Assembly: GCF_009834535.1 (NCBI RefSeq)
Contig: NC_045696.1
Span: 18,230,001-18,294,000, forward strand
DNA length: 64,000 bases
Direction of reading: 5' to 3'
Origin: Camelus ferus
Taxonomy: Eukaryota
The notes under the pieces are model-generated. The model saw only the letters and a list, made by a program, of their open reading frames with translations. It searched no databases and had not been told where the DNA came from. Below, in pieces: positions 1-12,969 of the stretch (position 1 is its first letter; every line of letters starts with the position of its first letter). Made by a program: the position numbers and the translations under genes.

Positions 1-744
1 AACACCACAATAATTGACAGTCATAAATTAATCTTAATTAATTTTCCTCAGTAATTGCTTCAATACTAAGCAAACTAGTATTTATTTTTTCTTTTTGAAA
101 AAAAAGTATTTTTTTGATAGGGTGATGAGGAGCCACTTTGGGTTAGAGAAAAAAGGCAAACAAAAAATAATGGAATAGGAATAAATTCTATTATAATAAA
201 TGACTTTGTAATTTGGTGAAAATTATTATCTGTGCTGAAAAATACTTTTTATAATATTATTATTACATTTAAATGCAATTTTATAGGCTAATTAAAGTAT
301 TCTCCAATAAACATGATCAAATTTTGTTCCTTTTGCATGTGAGAATTTTCTACCTTTACATAACAGATTATCGATCTGATTATGTGATCTGATTGAGCAA
401 CCACTGAGTATGATATATACACTTTATGATTTACAATTGGTAAGTCCAAGTAAAACTACCTTAATTATATATATTCTCATTATAATCTATTGACTACTTG
501 AAGTTTTGGTTTGGTGGGCAGTGTGTATGATTTACATTTGGTTATATATGAGTTAGACAAAGTAAACTCAAAGTTATAATCATAGAGTTTTGATTGGACA
601 TTTGAGGTCACTTAACATCATTTTTTGTTTTTGTAAGACTCAAGTTATTGAATTTTTCAATATTACTATGCATAGCTATCAAGACAGAGGAAACACAAGA
701 GTATTAAAATCATCATTCTAATGCAAGTAGACTATCATTATAAC

Positions 745-900
745 TTGCTACTATTTGCTCACCCCAGGTAAATCGTTCTTTTTTATTAATTTGTAAAATA
801 AGATCAATGCCTATTCTACAAGGTCATTAGGAATGAATATATCACATTAAAAAATACTTAGCTTAGGACCTAGGATATGAAAGGTTCAGTGACAATTATT
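745..900 (+). mobile_element. MIR SINE fragment (core and 3' part)
   Basis: ttgtaaaataagatcaatgcctattctacaaggtcattaggaatgaat...cttagcttaggacctagg resembles the MIR core (ctgtaaaatggggataata..cctacctcatagggttgttgtgaggattaaatg); highly diverged. Confidence 0.45.
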
Positions 901-2054
901 CTGCATCATGCCCAGAATTCACTAACATAAACATAAAGATTAACATTTATACAAGTAAGTCAATCTGGGACAATCTCACTTTTCCACATCCCTTAGAGAT
1001 ATTTGTTCATTAATCTCACCGATTACTCCCACAACTCACAGATGCTTGATGTTTATTTGTAATAGCTATGTTTCAGAATGTAATTTATAAAATAAGGAAT
1101 TTACTGCCTAATTTGTAGCTTTGCTTTTTACTCAAGACTTGTCTTAACGTATTCTTCATTCTCACTTGTGCAGCATGAAGACCCTGTCAGAATGAGGAAT
1201 AAACACTGCTTATGGGCTCTAACAATCAGACTTAAAATAGTGGGCCACTGTCCTGGGTCAAGGTTAAAGGGGCATTTTTAAAAAGCTGTCTTTCAGATTC
1301 TAATTAGGTCAAGCTTGCAGTAGGTGTTATCAGACTTTCTGCTTGAAAGATAACCCTCATTGTATAAACTGAAAATATAAATGACCTCAAAGGAACAAAT
1401 TAATGAAGTGTTTTCAAGAATTTTATTTTTGTCACAGCATGTTTTCTTCTTTAAAGTTACATCAAGGATGGGATGCTGTAACCTAGAATTATGGCTTTAT
1501 CAGGAGGGTGCTCTTATATAATACCAATTATATAAGATTACGATATTCTGCTCCAGGAGGACTATTATAAGAAAGTTCATGTTGAAAAATGTTTATACAG
1601 AGAGAGTTTCTAATATAAATATAAACAGAATATGCATTGATGTAAATGAATCTCTGGCAATCTATCAACATAATTTCATTATGTAAGTTCAGGCAATGGC
1701 ATGTCAACTTCTCAGTGTTATGGTATATATTGTTTTAAAAACATAATAAAAAGGTTATACAAATATTAGAAAAATATTGTTAGAGACTCAAAGCAAGTAG
1801 GAAATAATCTTCAAAAAGTATACACATTATAAAAATTTTCCCCAAACTAATAGAATTAGACAAAATTTTATTTAAAGACTGTTGATTACTGGACTACACA
1901 TAAAACCATGGCCTCGAGTTCAGGCCAAGTATATACTTATTTTTTGTTTTATTCCATTACATATGTACAAGAGGAAATTATTATTTCATTTGCAATATGC
2001 ACTAGGAGTGACATGATTTTAACTAATATGTAACTTATTTAAACAATTGGAAAA

Positions 2055-2180
2055 TCTAATATCATTTATTTTCAGATAAGGTAACTAAGGCCTGGAAAGG
2101 ATCATTTGTTTCCAGGAGTAAATAATAAGTTAATGCTCTGCTCAGATCTGATAGATTTCGTGTCTTACCATTACATTACT
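2055..2180 (-). mobile_element. MIR SINE fragment
   Basis: attttcagataaggtaactaaggcctggaaagg resembles the reverse MIR core (ttttacagatgaggaaactgaggc). Confidence 0.4.
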
Positions 2181-4559
2181 TCATCTTGATAACAATTTCT
2201 TTGAAGTATTAAAAACTATGGTTTGGATATTAAATTAGTTTATGAAGCAAACAATTTTATATGCTACTTATTCAGTAATTTTTTTCTGACAAATAGTAAA
2301 TTTGTGTAGTATACTATGTCCAAAGAATGGAAGACCAAACTGAAATGAAGTTTGCATTCATTTTGAGACAGTTACTAAGTGTTGATATCATGGGGAAAAG
2401 GTAGAATTACATACCTTGGAAAACTCCTGACGAAACACAAATCATTTAATATATCATTAATTTGATTTATAAATTAGGAGAAGCTTTATATCTATCAACA
2501 GATCTAGGGTACTACTTGGTTAAATATCTTCCATATAAAAATCAAAAGCACATAAATTATGAAAAAAGCCTCCATGCAACAATTCAAAAAGAGATTCTGA
2601 ACATATAAATTTTTTACTCATGGAAATAAATAATTGTAATTAGATTTGGAGAAATACTATTTACCTACATTAGTTGAGGAATAATGGGAGAAAATATTCA
2701 GGATTGTGGAGTATAAAATTAAAAATCTTTCTAGAGGGTATTTTTCTTTTTTTAATATGTATGAAGCCTTGCCATGAAAGATTTTCAAAAACAATGAAAC
2801 AAACAAAAATGCAAAATCTTGGCATTATCTCAGGCATTGCTGTCACCATATTTGTGTATCAACTTAGTTTTTACAAAACAACTGAACTATCTCACTAAAA
2901 ATGTATTGCAGAGGCCAGTTTCAAGGGGATCTCCATGTTCAATTTTGGGAAAATTTGAGCACCAAAATAATTGAGGATCATAATCAATTGTAAGTCTGTA
3001 ATAAAAAATTATGAAGTTATGAGCCAATTCTGATAATAAGACAAGTTAATAGAGGCGAAGAAAGCATTTTTCCTGCAGCAGAATGCTGAGACTGGAGTTG
3101 ACAGCTCATCAGTCTGTATGTTTATCAGATCTACTCTTTATATTCAAAATTTTTTTCAACTGAACTACTGTAATTATCAGTAAATACTGGATAACAAAAG
3201 AATTGGAAATTGGTGCATAATCTTTAAAAATATATATATGATCTAGCCATTTAATGAAATAACATATGACAACTAAATACTTGAAAAACAGATTTCCTTA
3301 CCTTATCCACTCTAAATAATAAGGATTATATCAAGATTCATTTTTTGCCTCTCTTATCTCCTTCACATGCCTGAAGGAATTAAAAACTCCAATATCCACA
3401 TTTCTCCTGCTACCTGTTCAGAATGGTATCGCCTAGTTGGAAAGAAGTAATACCAGAGGATCCGGTCACTGCCATCCCATTCAGCTTCTCTTTAATTTTT
3501 CACGTTAGGTAAATGTAGACTATGAGTAGCAGCATTAGGGTATGTCCTCCACCAGATATGACCAAACCAAAGTGTCCTTAAAGAAGAGCTCATCTAGACT
3601 AGTTCCTATTGAAATTTCATTCTGTATATTCATCAGAGAGAGTTGTAGTAAAAACCCAGAAGTTGATGATTAACATTTTGTTTGTCATCAGCTATCTTTG
3701 GATTGTATCATTTAGCTTGAAATGGTTAATTGGCTCTGAATCACCCATGATTTTAATAAAGTGTCTAATTTCAATTACCTGACTTTTCTGCTGTACCCAG
3801 TTTTTGGTAACATATTACCTTTCATTTGTGCTAGTTCTTGTAGTTCTAATTCTTCAAGAGTTAGGTGACAGTGTCTAGGAAAGTTAACACCACACATAGC
3901 AGTTTACATTATTTAATGATGTATTTATGCATCAATACGTCAAGCTTTCCACAATATATTTAAATATTTAAATGTATGCCTTCATCTAACACTTACATGT
4001 CACTGTTTCAGAATGAGTTCTTATAAATTAAATATCTCAGCTATCTAGAGTATTCCTCTTTAAGTATTACAATATTATACTATTTTAAGTATTTGTGATT
4101 AAAAATAATCCTAAAATACCCTACACATATTAAGATTTCTCAAAAATAATACAGAAATCAGAACATTCTTCTTATTGAATAAGGTTTCTCTTGATTATGT
4201 CCTGCAGTGGACTCCACTTACAGATTTCTCTTCTTTTTTCTCCTACTAACACAAGACTAAAGTTTAACGTCTAAATTCTTTAGGTCATTGTTTCTTTCCT
4301 ATCTTTGCTGTTCTTTCCTGGAATAACTAGTGCTCATATTTGATACCTGAAATCTTTACAGTAAATCCTGGATGAGCAAAACAAAGCCCCTGATATAAAG
4401 AGACTAAAATATGTGTTACAGTACAGAGCTTATTCTCTGATACAGGATAAACGTAGGCCACCCTGTTGATGACTGGACTGAGATACATTCTTGAAAAAAC
4501 ACATGCAGAAAGGCTATTTTGAGAACTAAAGGTGTTAAAATAATGAGGTTGATGAAATG

Positions 4560-5790
4560 CTTCTTTTTGTTAATAATCTTCATAGCTGTGCACCATTTTA
4601 AATATATAGTTCAATGGGTTTTGACAAATGCTCACATGTAACCGTCACCTTGAAAACCATCACTTCTACCTAGTTGAAGTCAGTCATTCCCATCCTATGC
4701 CAGAGACAATACTTATCTGCTTTTTTTTCTTTTTGCTTTTTTTTTCTTTTTTCAGTTTTGTTCTTTGGAAATTTCATATAAATGAAATCAAGCTTCTTCC
4801 CAGTCAACATAATGTTTTTGAGATTCATCTATATTGTTGAGTGTATCAGCATTTCTTCTTTTACGTTGTTGAGCAGTTTTTCAGCAATATAAATATATTT
4901 GAATTTATTTTTAAATGTTTGACTTTCTTGCCATTTTTACTGGGTTCCTATATGTCTTCTTATTATTGAATTTAAAGAGGTCTTTTTATATTCTAAATAA
5001 AAGTCCTTTGTAAGATATACATCTGCAATTATATTTTTTTCCCCACTCTGTGGCTTGCCACTGACATTTTCTTAACACTATCCTTGAAAAAATAACTTTG
5101 GTGAATTCTAACTTCAAAATTAATTAGTTAATTGATTAATTAATTAATTTTAATCCTGTCTCAGCCTTGCCTACCCCAAATTTGTAAAGATTTATCTCAT
5201 ATGTTTTTATCTAGACACCTTAGCATTTGAATGGTTAATTTGAGTCTAATATTCATTTCAAGTTAGCTTGTGTATATAGCATAATATAAAGATCAAAGGT
5301 TTTTTGTTTGTTTGTTTGTTTGTCTGCTTCTGTTTTTGTTTCTTCATTTGAATATCCAGTTGTTCTAACATCATTTTTTTGAAAGACTGTTTTACCTTTT
5401 TCTGAACTTTCTTTTCCGTTTATTGACATATTTGTCTATTCCTCAGCAAAACTATACTACATTTACTGGTGTAAGTTTATAATAAGTCATGAAATAAAGC
5501 AGTGTATGTCCTGTTACTTTGTCCTCCCTTTTCAAAATTATTTTGCTATCCTTGGTCATTTGCATTTCCTTATAAACATTAGAGTCAACTTGACAACTGC
5601 TACAAAATCCTGTTAAGCTATTGGGTGTGATTACGTTGAATCTATAAGTCAACTGGGAAAGGATTACATCATAAAAATATTGCCTGTTCCAATTCAGCAA
5701 TATACTGTATCTCTCTATTGAAATCTTTAATTTATCTTAAAATATTTTGAACTTTGAAGTAAAGGGTTTGCATAGATGATATAAATATCT
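4560..5790 (-). mobile_element. Ancient L1 (L1M-type), 3' UTR and ORF2 C-terminal part
   Basis: T-rich antisense L1 motifs: atatccagttgttctaacatcattt, gctatccttggtcatttgcatttcc, gaatctataagtcaactggga. ORF 5452..5700(-) contains a degraded ORF2 motif YRFNVI..(consensus YRFNAIP). Confidence 0.8.
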
Positions 5791-6810
5791 CCCATATTTT
5801 CTCTTCTGAGAAAATGGATCTGGGCATTTAAATATTTTTTTATTTGCCAGCTGTTGTGTTGTTCAGCTTTGTCAGTAAAAGGCATGAGTAGACATTGAAC
5901 AAAGAAATCATTCTTTTTTTTTTTCTGCTTCCTGGTTCCCATGTGCTCTGGCAGCCGTCTCCTATTGTGTGGTTAGCTTCTCCAGCAGAGAATGTGTATA
6001 ATGTGCCTCCCAGAAACTGCAGCATGGGCAACTTCTCCAACACCAGGCTTCTCCAGCATATGCAGCTCCTCTTACATCAGGGTCCTATAGCATGGGTTGT
6101 ATTTCCAGCATCAAGCTTCTACAGCAGAGGAAGTTTCTCTTGCCCCAGGGTTCTGCAACATGGGCGGTATTTTCAGCACTAAGTACTTAACATGTTCATT
6201 TTCCTACCACCTGCTTCTGGCAGCACAGGTGATATTTCTAGCACCAAGCTCTATAACATATGCAGCTTCTATCTCACCAAGTTTTGGTAGCCATGTTTGA
6301 AGATTGAGAACCAGATTCCTATAGCATTCGTACCTCCTATTGCACCAAAGTCTTGCAGCATAGATGTTATTTTTAGCATTAAGCTCCTATGGACTGTGTA
6401 GCTTCTTTTGCACCAGGTTCCTGCAGTAAGGGAAGAATTTCCATCACCAAACCCTTAGCATGTGCAGCCCAGGAGATTTCCAAAACCCAACCCGTGCAAC
6501 TTCCCTTGCTCTAGAGTTCTACACTGCCCCGTGGCATGAGCACCCAAAACTTCCCCAGATACCCACCTTGAGGAGTTTTGGAGTGGCATCCCTCTGGAGA
6601 CCCAATCCCATGGCCAGATTTTGCTGGCACCAGATGGGGTCGATTTCTAGCAAGTTACGTGGGCACATTACCGTACAACTTCCCTGCCATGCAGGAGTCC
6701 ATGGCAGTGTCTTGTCAAACAAAATCTGGATCTCAGATTTTGTGGGAGGTCTTTCATGGGTGCTTTATCTCAGCCCTAGAAGTAGTGGTTGCTTCTTATA
6801 CAAGCTAATG
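5790..6810 (+). mobile_element. ERVL-class LTR (LTR33-like, family uncertain) interrupting the L1
   Basis: More GC-rich block between two antisense L1 pieces; tggatctgggcatttaaa near the start and ggtgctttatctcagccctagaagtagtggttgcttcttata near the end recall ERVL LTR33-type consensus. Confidence 0.45.
6019..6470. repeat. Degenerate 34-bp tandem repeat, ~13-14 units
   Basis: Unit-start motif (a[g/a]ca[t/c/g] or a degenerate variant) at 6021, 6055, 6089, 6123, 6157, 6189, 6222, 6255, 6289, 6323, 6357, 6391, 6425, 6457 (spacing 32-34, mostly 34). Confidence 0.85.
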
Positions 6811-7470
6811 GTGATGATGCATTATCATATTTGTATCTTTATGGATTTGATTTTTTAAAGATTTTTGTGTTTATGTTTTTGCAGTATATTGTTCTGCTGT
6901 TTACTCTCTTATAATTTCTGATTTTGGAATCAGGGTAATCAGCTTTATAAAATGAACCGCAATTTTATTTCTCCTCTGCTCTGGGAGGGTCTGTGTAGAA
7001 TTGGTATTATTTCTTTCCTTAAATATTTGGTACAATTTGCAATTAATGCCTTTTGGATTTCAATTTTATTTGTTGTAAGATATTTAGCTAAAAAATTAAA
7101 TTTTATCCACATAGCTAGGACTTTATGTATTCTCTTTTCATCTTGATTAACCTTTGATAGTTTGTATCTTCCCAGACATGTATCCATTCCATCAAAATTG
7201 ACAAACTTATTCAAATAAAATTGTTTACTATATTTCATGATTGTCCCTTTAATGTCCTTAGGATCTGTGGTGATAGCCCCCTTTCTGTTACAGACGTTTG
7301 TAATTTGTGCCACCTGTGTCTTTTCCTAATCAATCGGTTTAAGGATTTATACATTTTATTGTCCTAAAACAATCATGATTTGATTCCATTGAGTTACTTC
7401 ATTGTCTTTCTGCTTTCAGTTTTACTGATTGCGGTTTTTTCCTTTATTATTTTCTTCTTTCTGTTTTCTT
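6810..7470 (-). mobile_element. L1 ORF2 fragment (region upstream of and into the RT domain), decayed
   Basis: ORF 6945..7313 QITNVCNRKGAITTDPKDIKGTIMKYSKQFYLNKFVNFDGMDTCLGRYKLSKVNQDE matches the L1 ORF2 motif QINKIRNEKGDITTDPTEIQ..YYEQLYANKLENLEEMDKFL..YNLPRLNQEE. Confidence 0.9.
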
Positions 7471-8029
7471 AAACAGGTGAAAATATACTTTATTTAATCA
7501 GTAATACTACTTGCTATATCTGTTATTTTCATTATAAATGACAATCTTCTCATTTTTATTATAACTAAGGATTTTCTCTAAACTATTCTTCAGGTAAGCC
7601 TTGTGTGTGTCATAATACTTTAAGGAGAAAAAGTGCTTATAAAATGGAAACATATAATTGTCTTCCAGATCAAAAACTCCTCAGCAGGAGATGCTGGGTA
7701 AGATCAGCAGTTTAGTGATATCACAGCCTTAGGCTGATACTTACATATTTCCTTAGACTTTCCCTCATTATTTCAAGATCTCTGAAGCAACACCACATAG
7801 CACATCATCTCATGCCATTATCTAAAGGAGGAAGGCAAAGAGTGAAAAGAAAAAAAAGTGACCTGAACAAAGATCAAAATTTAAAAGCGAATTTGAAAAC
7901 CTTTCCCAGAAATCTCTCAACATACTCTCCATTGAGTCTTAATGACAGTTTGATTTCTTCTTTCCTATTTTGTATACATTTTATTTAATTTTTACCTCTT
8001 TATAGTAACTAAAACTCCCAGTATAATGA

Positions 8030-8320
8030 TGCTATAATGGTGAAAAATGCTCTGAATGATACCATAATGGTGGTATATTTGTCCAAACCCTTTGAATGTT
8101 CATCAGGAAGAGTGAGCTGTAATGGAAACTACAGATTTTGGGTGATCATGATGTGTTAATGTAGCCTCCTTGATTACAACAAATGTACTCTGGTGGGGGA
8201 TATTGGTAGTGGGGGGAGGCTATATGTGTAGGCAGGAGGTCTATGGAAAATCTCTGTATCTTCCTCTCAACTTTGCTGTGAACCTAAAACTACTCTATAA
8301 AATAAAGACTTAAAAAACAT
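8030..8320 (+). mobile_element. L1MC1/2-like 3' end
   Basis: tttgtccaaaccc...gggtgatcatgatgtgttaatgtag...aacaaatgtactctggtgggggatattg...ctttgctgtgaacctaaaactactct, aataaa, A-tail; same family as 31135-32230 in the opposite orientation. Confidence 0.8.
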
Positions 8321-8559
8321 TTAAGGTGGTCAATGTATGTCCCTGACACACAGAATAATGATCCTTTCTCTTGATTCTTTACCTTTAACTTTCTCTGAGA
8401 TCCTGTTGATTCAGGAGCTCTCATGTTTTATTTCCTACAGAGTAGTGTCAGCAGAATAGGTGATGTTATTAAGAAAGCTGGCACTGAGAGCAGAGCCCAG
8501 TGACCAAGCTGTCTTATTTGTCTTTACATTATCATTGGAAGTTTGAGGCATTTTTATTA

Positions 8560-9450
8560 TTCTAGTTTGGCATCTTCTAAATATAGAGCCTGATGCAAGG
8601 ATTTGTCTTTAAGCATTTTGTTTGAGAGATCACTTCAAGAAGAATGCAGGAAGTGGAAAAACTAATAAAGAGTTTTGTAATTGGCAGGTTACCTATAAAA
8701 AAATGCAACTGAATCCCACTAATATATTCTTCAGAATATACTAAGGTGTGTTCTACAAATAAATAGCTTGACTACCAGCTCACAGACCATGTTGTTTGAA
8801 ACATGAGCTTTGAGCTTGGAAATCCCTGCCTGTGCAGGCAAGCAGGAAGGATGTTTGAGTCACTGCAATAGCCAAAAACACCCTGGAGCAGGGGGACACA
8901 GGAAGTCACACATCTGTGTTATGGTACCCGTCTACATTGGACCTTCAAGTTGGGCTAGTGGGAGGAGAGCTCACTCCAATCCACATGGGCCCTGAGTTAG
9001 GTTCTCCATGTCCTATCCCAGATGCTTCAAAATGGTGACTAATTGCAATCTCTAAAGATAAAGGCATATAACTAGAGAATGAGTAAGGTGATCTGTAGAC
9101 AGTTTTCACTCATACTGATCATGTGGGCCTGGTAAGCCATCCAAGGAAGTCATCTTCCGTTGAGAGATCCAGCAACTTGGCCTTTGATCTTGTGTCCTTT
9201 CTGTTCCACAGGAGGTCTTGTTTGGAAACTGCGACAAGGAAAAGAAGACTAAGGAGAACTCACGTGAACTTTAAGCCACGAAAGACTCATTTAATTTCTG
9301 GACTGGGTTAATTGGCAAGAGATAGCAACAAATCTCTGATTAATTCCAAGGAGCAGGAAGTTATCCACAGTGCACCCCCATCCCATCACCCTGGAGGAGG
9401 AGCACTGGGTCCAGGGAACACTAGAAATCTCTGTGAGAAGAATTTTCAGG
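8560..9450 (-). mobile_element. ERVL LTR (LTR16-like) plus adjacent internal-region remnant
   Basis: agagcctgatgcaaggatttg..ttttgtttgagagatcacttcaagaag resembles reverse LTR16-type LTR end; followed by more GC-rich, ERVL-internal-like sequence. Confidence 0.45.
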
Positions 9451-11018
9451 TTATTTTCAACTTGAAAGTAATTCCTGAATGAAATGGGGAGAGTCAATAG
9501 AGAACTTTCTAAGAAAAATTTCTAAGTCAACAAGAAAGACTTGGAATAGATCCTTGCATTATTAAAATGAAATGGCTTTTAAAACATCACACTTATTTTA
9601 CAAATTGAAACAGACATTGGCAAATAAGTAAGAGATGAACAAAAATAAGAATCTGATTATACATAGGGAATGACAATAGGCTACAGCTATCATTTTAGAC
9701 CAGTGAGAATGTTGCATGTCATTCAATATACGCAGGTGGATATTTATTTAAAGTTTGGAGAAAACATATTTTACAGGACAATATTTTCTCATTATTTAAT
9801 TAGTAAGTATAGAAACTACAAAAACATGTGAAACAGAAATATATATCTATATTTCGCTTTTGCCAAATAGAGAAAAATTTTGAGATATAAACAAAAGAAG
9901 AAGTTACAGTTTTGATTCATCAATATGGAAATTTAACTATGGAAAACATAAGAAACAACATAAATTGATGATTATTTAATAAGTTGACTGTTTTCAATTA
10001 CTTCCTCATTTGTATATTTCACATGTACTAATTATTATAAAACATATGTGTACCATTGCAGGAAACTACAAAGCAAGTTTTAATTTTTAGGACACTCAAG
10101 ATTTATTAAAATAGGATTTCTAAAAATGTAAAAGAAAGCATAAAGAAGTTTCTAAGTTATTGAACAATTTAAGGAAGCAAAATCTTAAAATTAACAACTT
10201 TAATGAAACTATAGCATCTAATAGAAAAAGTAACTGCTAACTGATAATGAAAACAGAATAGAAGATCTTAGGAATTAAGAGTTTTCATGAATCAGTACAA
10301 ATAGGGCACTTTGTAATTCTTTCTAAATTTTATATTAGAAAGTTATATACAAGCAACAGAAATTTATTACCACAGAGAAAAAGCATCTTTTTATAATTAA
10401 AATTTTTGCTTCACTTTCTCTCCATTATAACGGCATGATAAGTTGTGCTAAAATCATTATTTGATTTATATGTTTGAGACTGATTTTTTAAATTAATAAA
10501 ATTATTAATTTATTATTCATGTGATTCTTTATTTCCTGTAAATCTACCTTTCTTTTTCCCATAAAACTCAAACTATGAATTAAAAATTGATTCAGAAAAT
10601 TTTAAATGTGTTTTGCCACTTTTTTCTGAAGTAGGGGCAGGAACATGTCATTCATGCTTTAATGTTTCATGTCCTCAGCGATTTAATGTTTATTTACTTT
10701 TTAATTCATAGTTAGAGAAAGAACAAAATCAGCAGTACAAAAATACATGATTGCAAATAAAAACAACAATAAAAAATCAGTGTTATTTAGAATAAATTTT
10801 GCACTGATTTATTTTTTAATAAGTTGCACTTTTGAGTTTTGTCATCAATAGTCAGAATTTGATTTTTATTGGTCTAATATATGTATTATAATATTTTCCA
10901 ATATCATTTAAAAAGTATTTTGAATTTTCACTTTTTTTTATAAGTCTGAGAATGCTTCTCTCTTAAAGTGATAATTACAGTTTTGAAGCAAGCTAATTTG
11001 GAAAATCTAAAACAAAAC

Positions 11019-11555
11019 TGAACAAGTTATTTGTTGCTGGGTAACAAATTACCCTAAAACTTTGTAGTTTAAAATAGCAAATGTTTATTTTCTCCCGCAG
11101 TTTCTGACAGTCAGGAATCTACCAGGAGCTGAGCTGGGCGGTTTTAGCTCAGAGTTTGTAACAAGGTCAAACCAAGCCCTTAGCGAGGACAGCAGCCACT
11201 CCAAGCCTTAACTGGTGCTTCAGAATTTGCTTCCAAGTTCACTCACCTGATTGTTGGCCTTTGAGTTCCTTACAGGCTCTGCCTGGAGGTTTAGTTTCAC
11301 AAGACATAGGCCTCCTCATATGTCTGCTCAACCTGACAGCTTATTTCTGCCAGAGAGTAACAGGAGGAAGAGAGGAAAGGGAGAGATGGAGGAAAGACAG
11401 GAGAGAGACAAAGAGGGAGAGACAGAGAGAACAATATTCTGCCCTATGGTATTTGTACATTGACAAACCCCAGTCATATGGGAGGAGTCCATACAAATGT
11501 GTGAGACCGACCAATGGGGAACACTGGTGGCCATCCTGGAAGCTGGCAACCCCAG
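11019..11555 (-). mobile_element. MaLR LTR (MLT1F/G-like), 3' LTR of the outer element
   Basis: gttatttgttgctgggtaacaaattaccctaaaact...tttctgacagtcaggaat...gcttccaagttcactcac...ggccatcctggaagctggc. Confidence 0.8.
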
Positions 11556-12603
11556 CCTTGTGTGGCTATCAATAATTCATATTCCTCCTACAAGCAAAAC
11601 ACACCCACCTTCTCCTTAGGCCTCCCTAAAGTCTTATCTATTACAAAATCAGCTCAAATCCAGATCCTGCTTCTAAATCAGGTCCAGGGGGAATGAAACT
11701 CCTTGAATCTGATTCCTTAAGTATAGTCGTTCAAGTATAGTCCTTCTTGACTTGTAAAACTAAAATGACAAGTTATCTGCCCCCGAAACACCCAGCTGAT
11801 AACAGTGAAGTTAGCACAGACAACATCTTCAAAAAGGGGAGAAAATAGAAGGAAAAAGTAGACACTGGTTCAAAACAATTCTAAAATTCAGCCAGGCAAG
11901 AGCTGTACATTCTACGCTTAGGTCTCAAGGCCAGCAAATAATTGATGGAGGGTCTCGGTTCCACTCTGAGTTGTGCTTCTTTTTTCATGAAAGGTAGCAC
12001 ATGTTGCTTCTCAGTCTGCTTACTGTTACTAGGATTTTGTGAGTCAAAGGTTCTCTTTTCATTTTATACTTTCTCTGACCTTTTCAGTCAAAGTTGGTAA
12101 TGTTTCTGAATACAGAATTCCTTTTAAAAGTTGTGACTCTTACTGAGTTTCCTACCATTAGATAAAAGCCACATTTGTAATCTCTTGGAGATAAGCCTTC
12201 TCCACCTTGCATTTCATCTGGGAAGGTTGAGGGGCAATGACCTTCAGGTTTTTAAAAGTTGTAATGTTTGACGGAAAGGATATCTGAGGCACATGTTTTA
12301 TCTATTTGGAGAGTCTTTTGTCTGAAGTAACCTTTGATCTTTCTGAGGTCTCAACAGAAGATTTTCAGTTATACCTTCAGTTTTATCTTTGGTCTATTTC
12401 ATTTTTTAGCAGTCATGTATTTGATCTTTCCTTAGAACACTAGCATCCTTTGCCATCTGAAAAACTTGAGAGCTTTCAAAGCCATCAAGTGTTAATATTT
12501 TAACAACCTTCCCTTTGTTTTCTCTCACTTCTCTCACTTATTACTATAAGCAATAAGAGGAAACCATGCAGTACTTTCCACACTATGATTGGAATTTTCC
12601 TCA
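11556..12603 (-). mobile_element. MaLR internal region (outer element, part 1)
   Basis: Shares motifs with 13440-14920 (aaaatgacaagttatctgcc / tacaagttatatgcctcc; ggaattttcctca / ggaaattttcctca). Confidence 0.7.
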
Positions 12604-12758
12604 TTGAGAAACAATTCTCCATGGGTCTATGGTGCTTCTGCATAGCAGAACGTCTGCATAGCAAACAGACTTGGAAGACAGAGATTGTATCTCCAGGATT
12701 TGTTGCCTGGGATGATAAAGATTGTGTCTCCTTCTGTGGCAGTTATTTTGTAGGTTTA
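12604..12758 (+). mobile_element. ERV-class (MER-type) LTR, 5' part
   Basis: aattctccatgggtct...catagcaaacagacttggaagacagagat..gataaagattgtgtctcc interrupts the MaLR internal sequence; continues at 15374. Confidence 0.55.
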
Positions 12759-12809
12759 TGTATTAGCCTTTTATTGCTGCTGTAACAAACTTGATTGCTT
12801 AAATCACAA

Positions 12810-12872
12810 GTGTGTGTGTGTATACACACACACACACACACACACATACACACACACACACACATACATACA
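12810..12872. repeat. (TG)n-TATA-(CA)n compound microsatellite
   Basis: gtgtgtgtgtgtatacacacacacacacaca...catacacacac. Confidence 0.95.
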
Positions 12873-12969
12873 TTTCTCCTTGGCTCACAGCTCCATCCAT
12901 CTTCAGAGTCATAAATGGCTAGTCCAGTCTGTCTCATGTTGTATCACGCCTACATTGACTCTTCTGCCC

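Noticed and set aside
6019..6470. CRISPR-like periodicity in the 34-bp array
   Set aside because: Units are contiguous and degenerate with no unique spacers; mammalian context and no cas genes
6460..6858. Longest ORF in the window (132 aa)
   Set aside because: Lies in LTR-like sequence and runs into antisense L1; no recognisable domain
6945..7313. ORF as a functional gene
   Set aside because: Decayed L1 ORF2 fragment; similarity is lost after a frameshift
7440..7600. Acceptor at 7476 and donor cag|gtaagc at ~7593 as an exon
   Set aside because: The pyrimidine tract is just antisense L1, and the enclosed sequence is extremely AT-rich with stops
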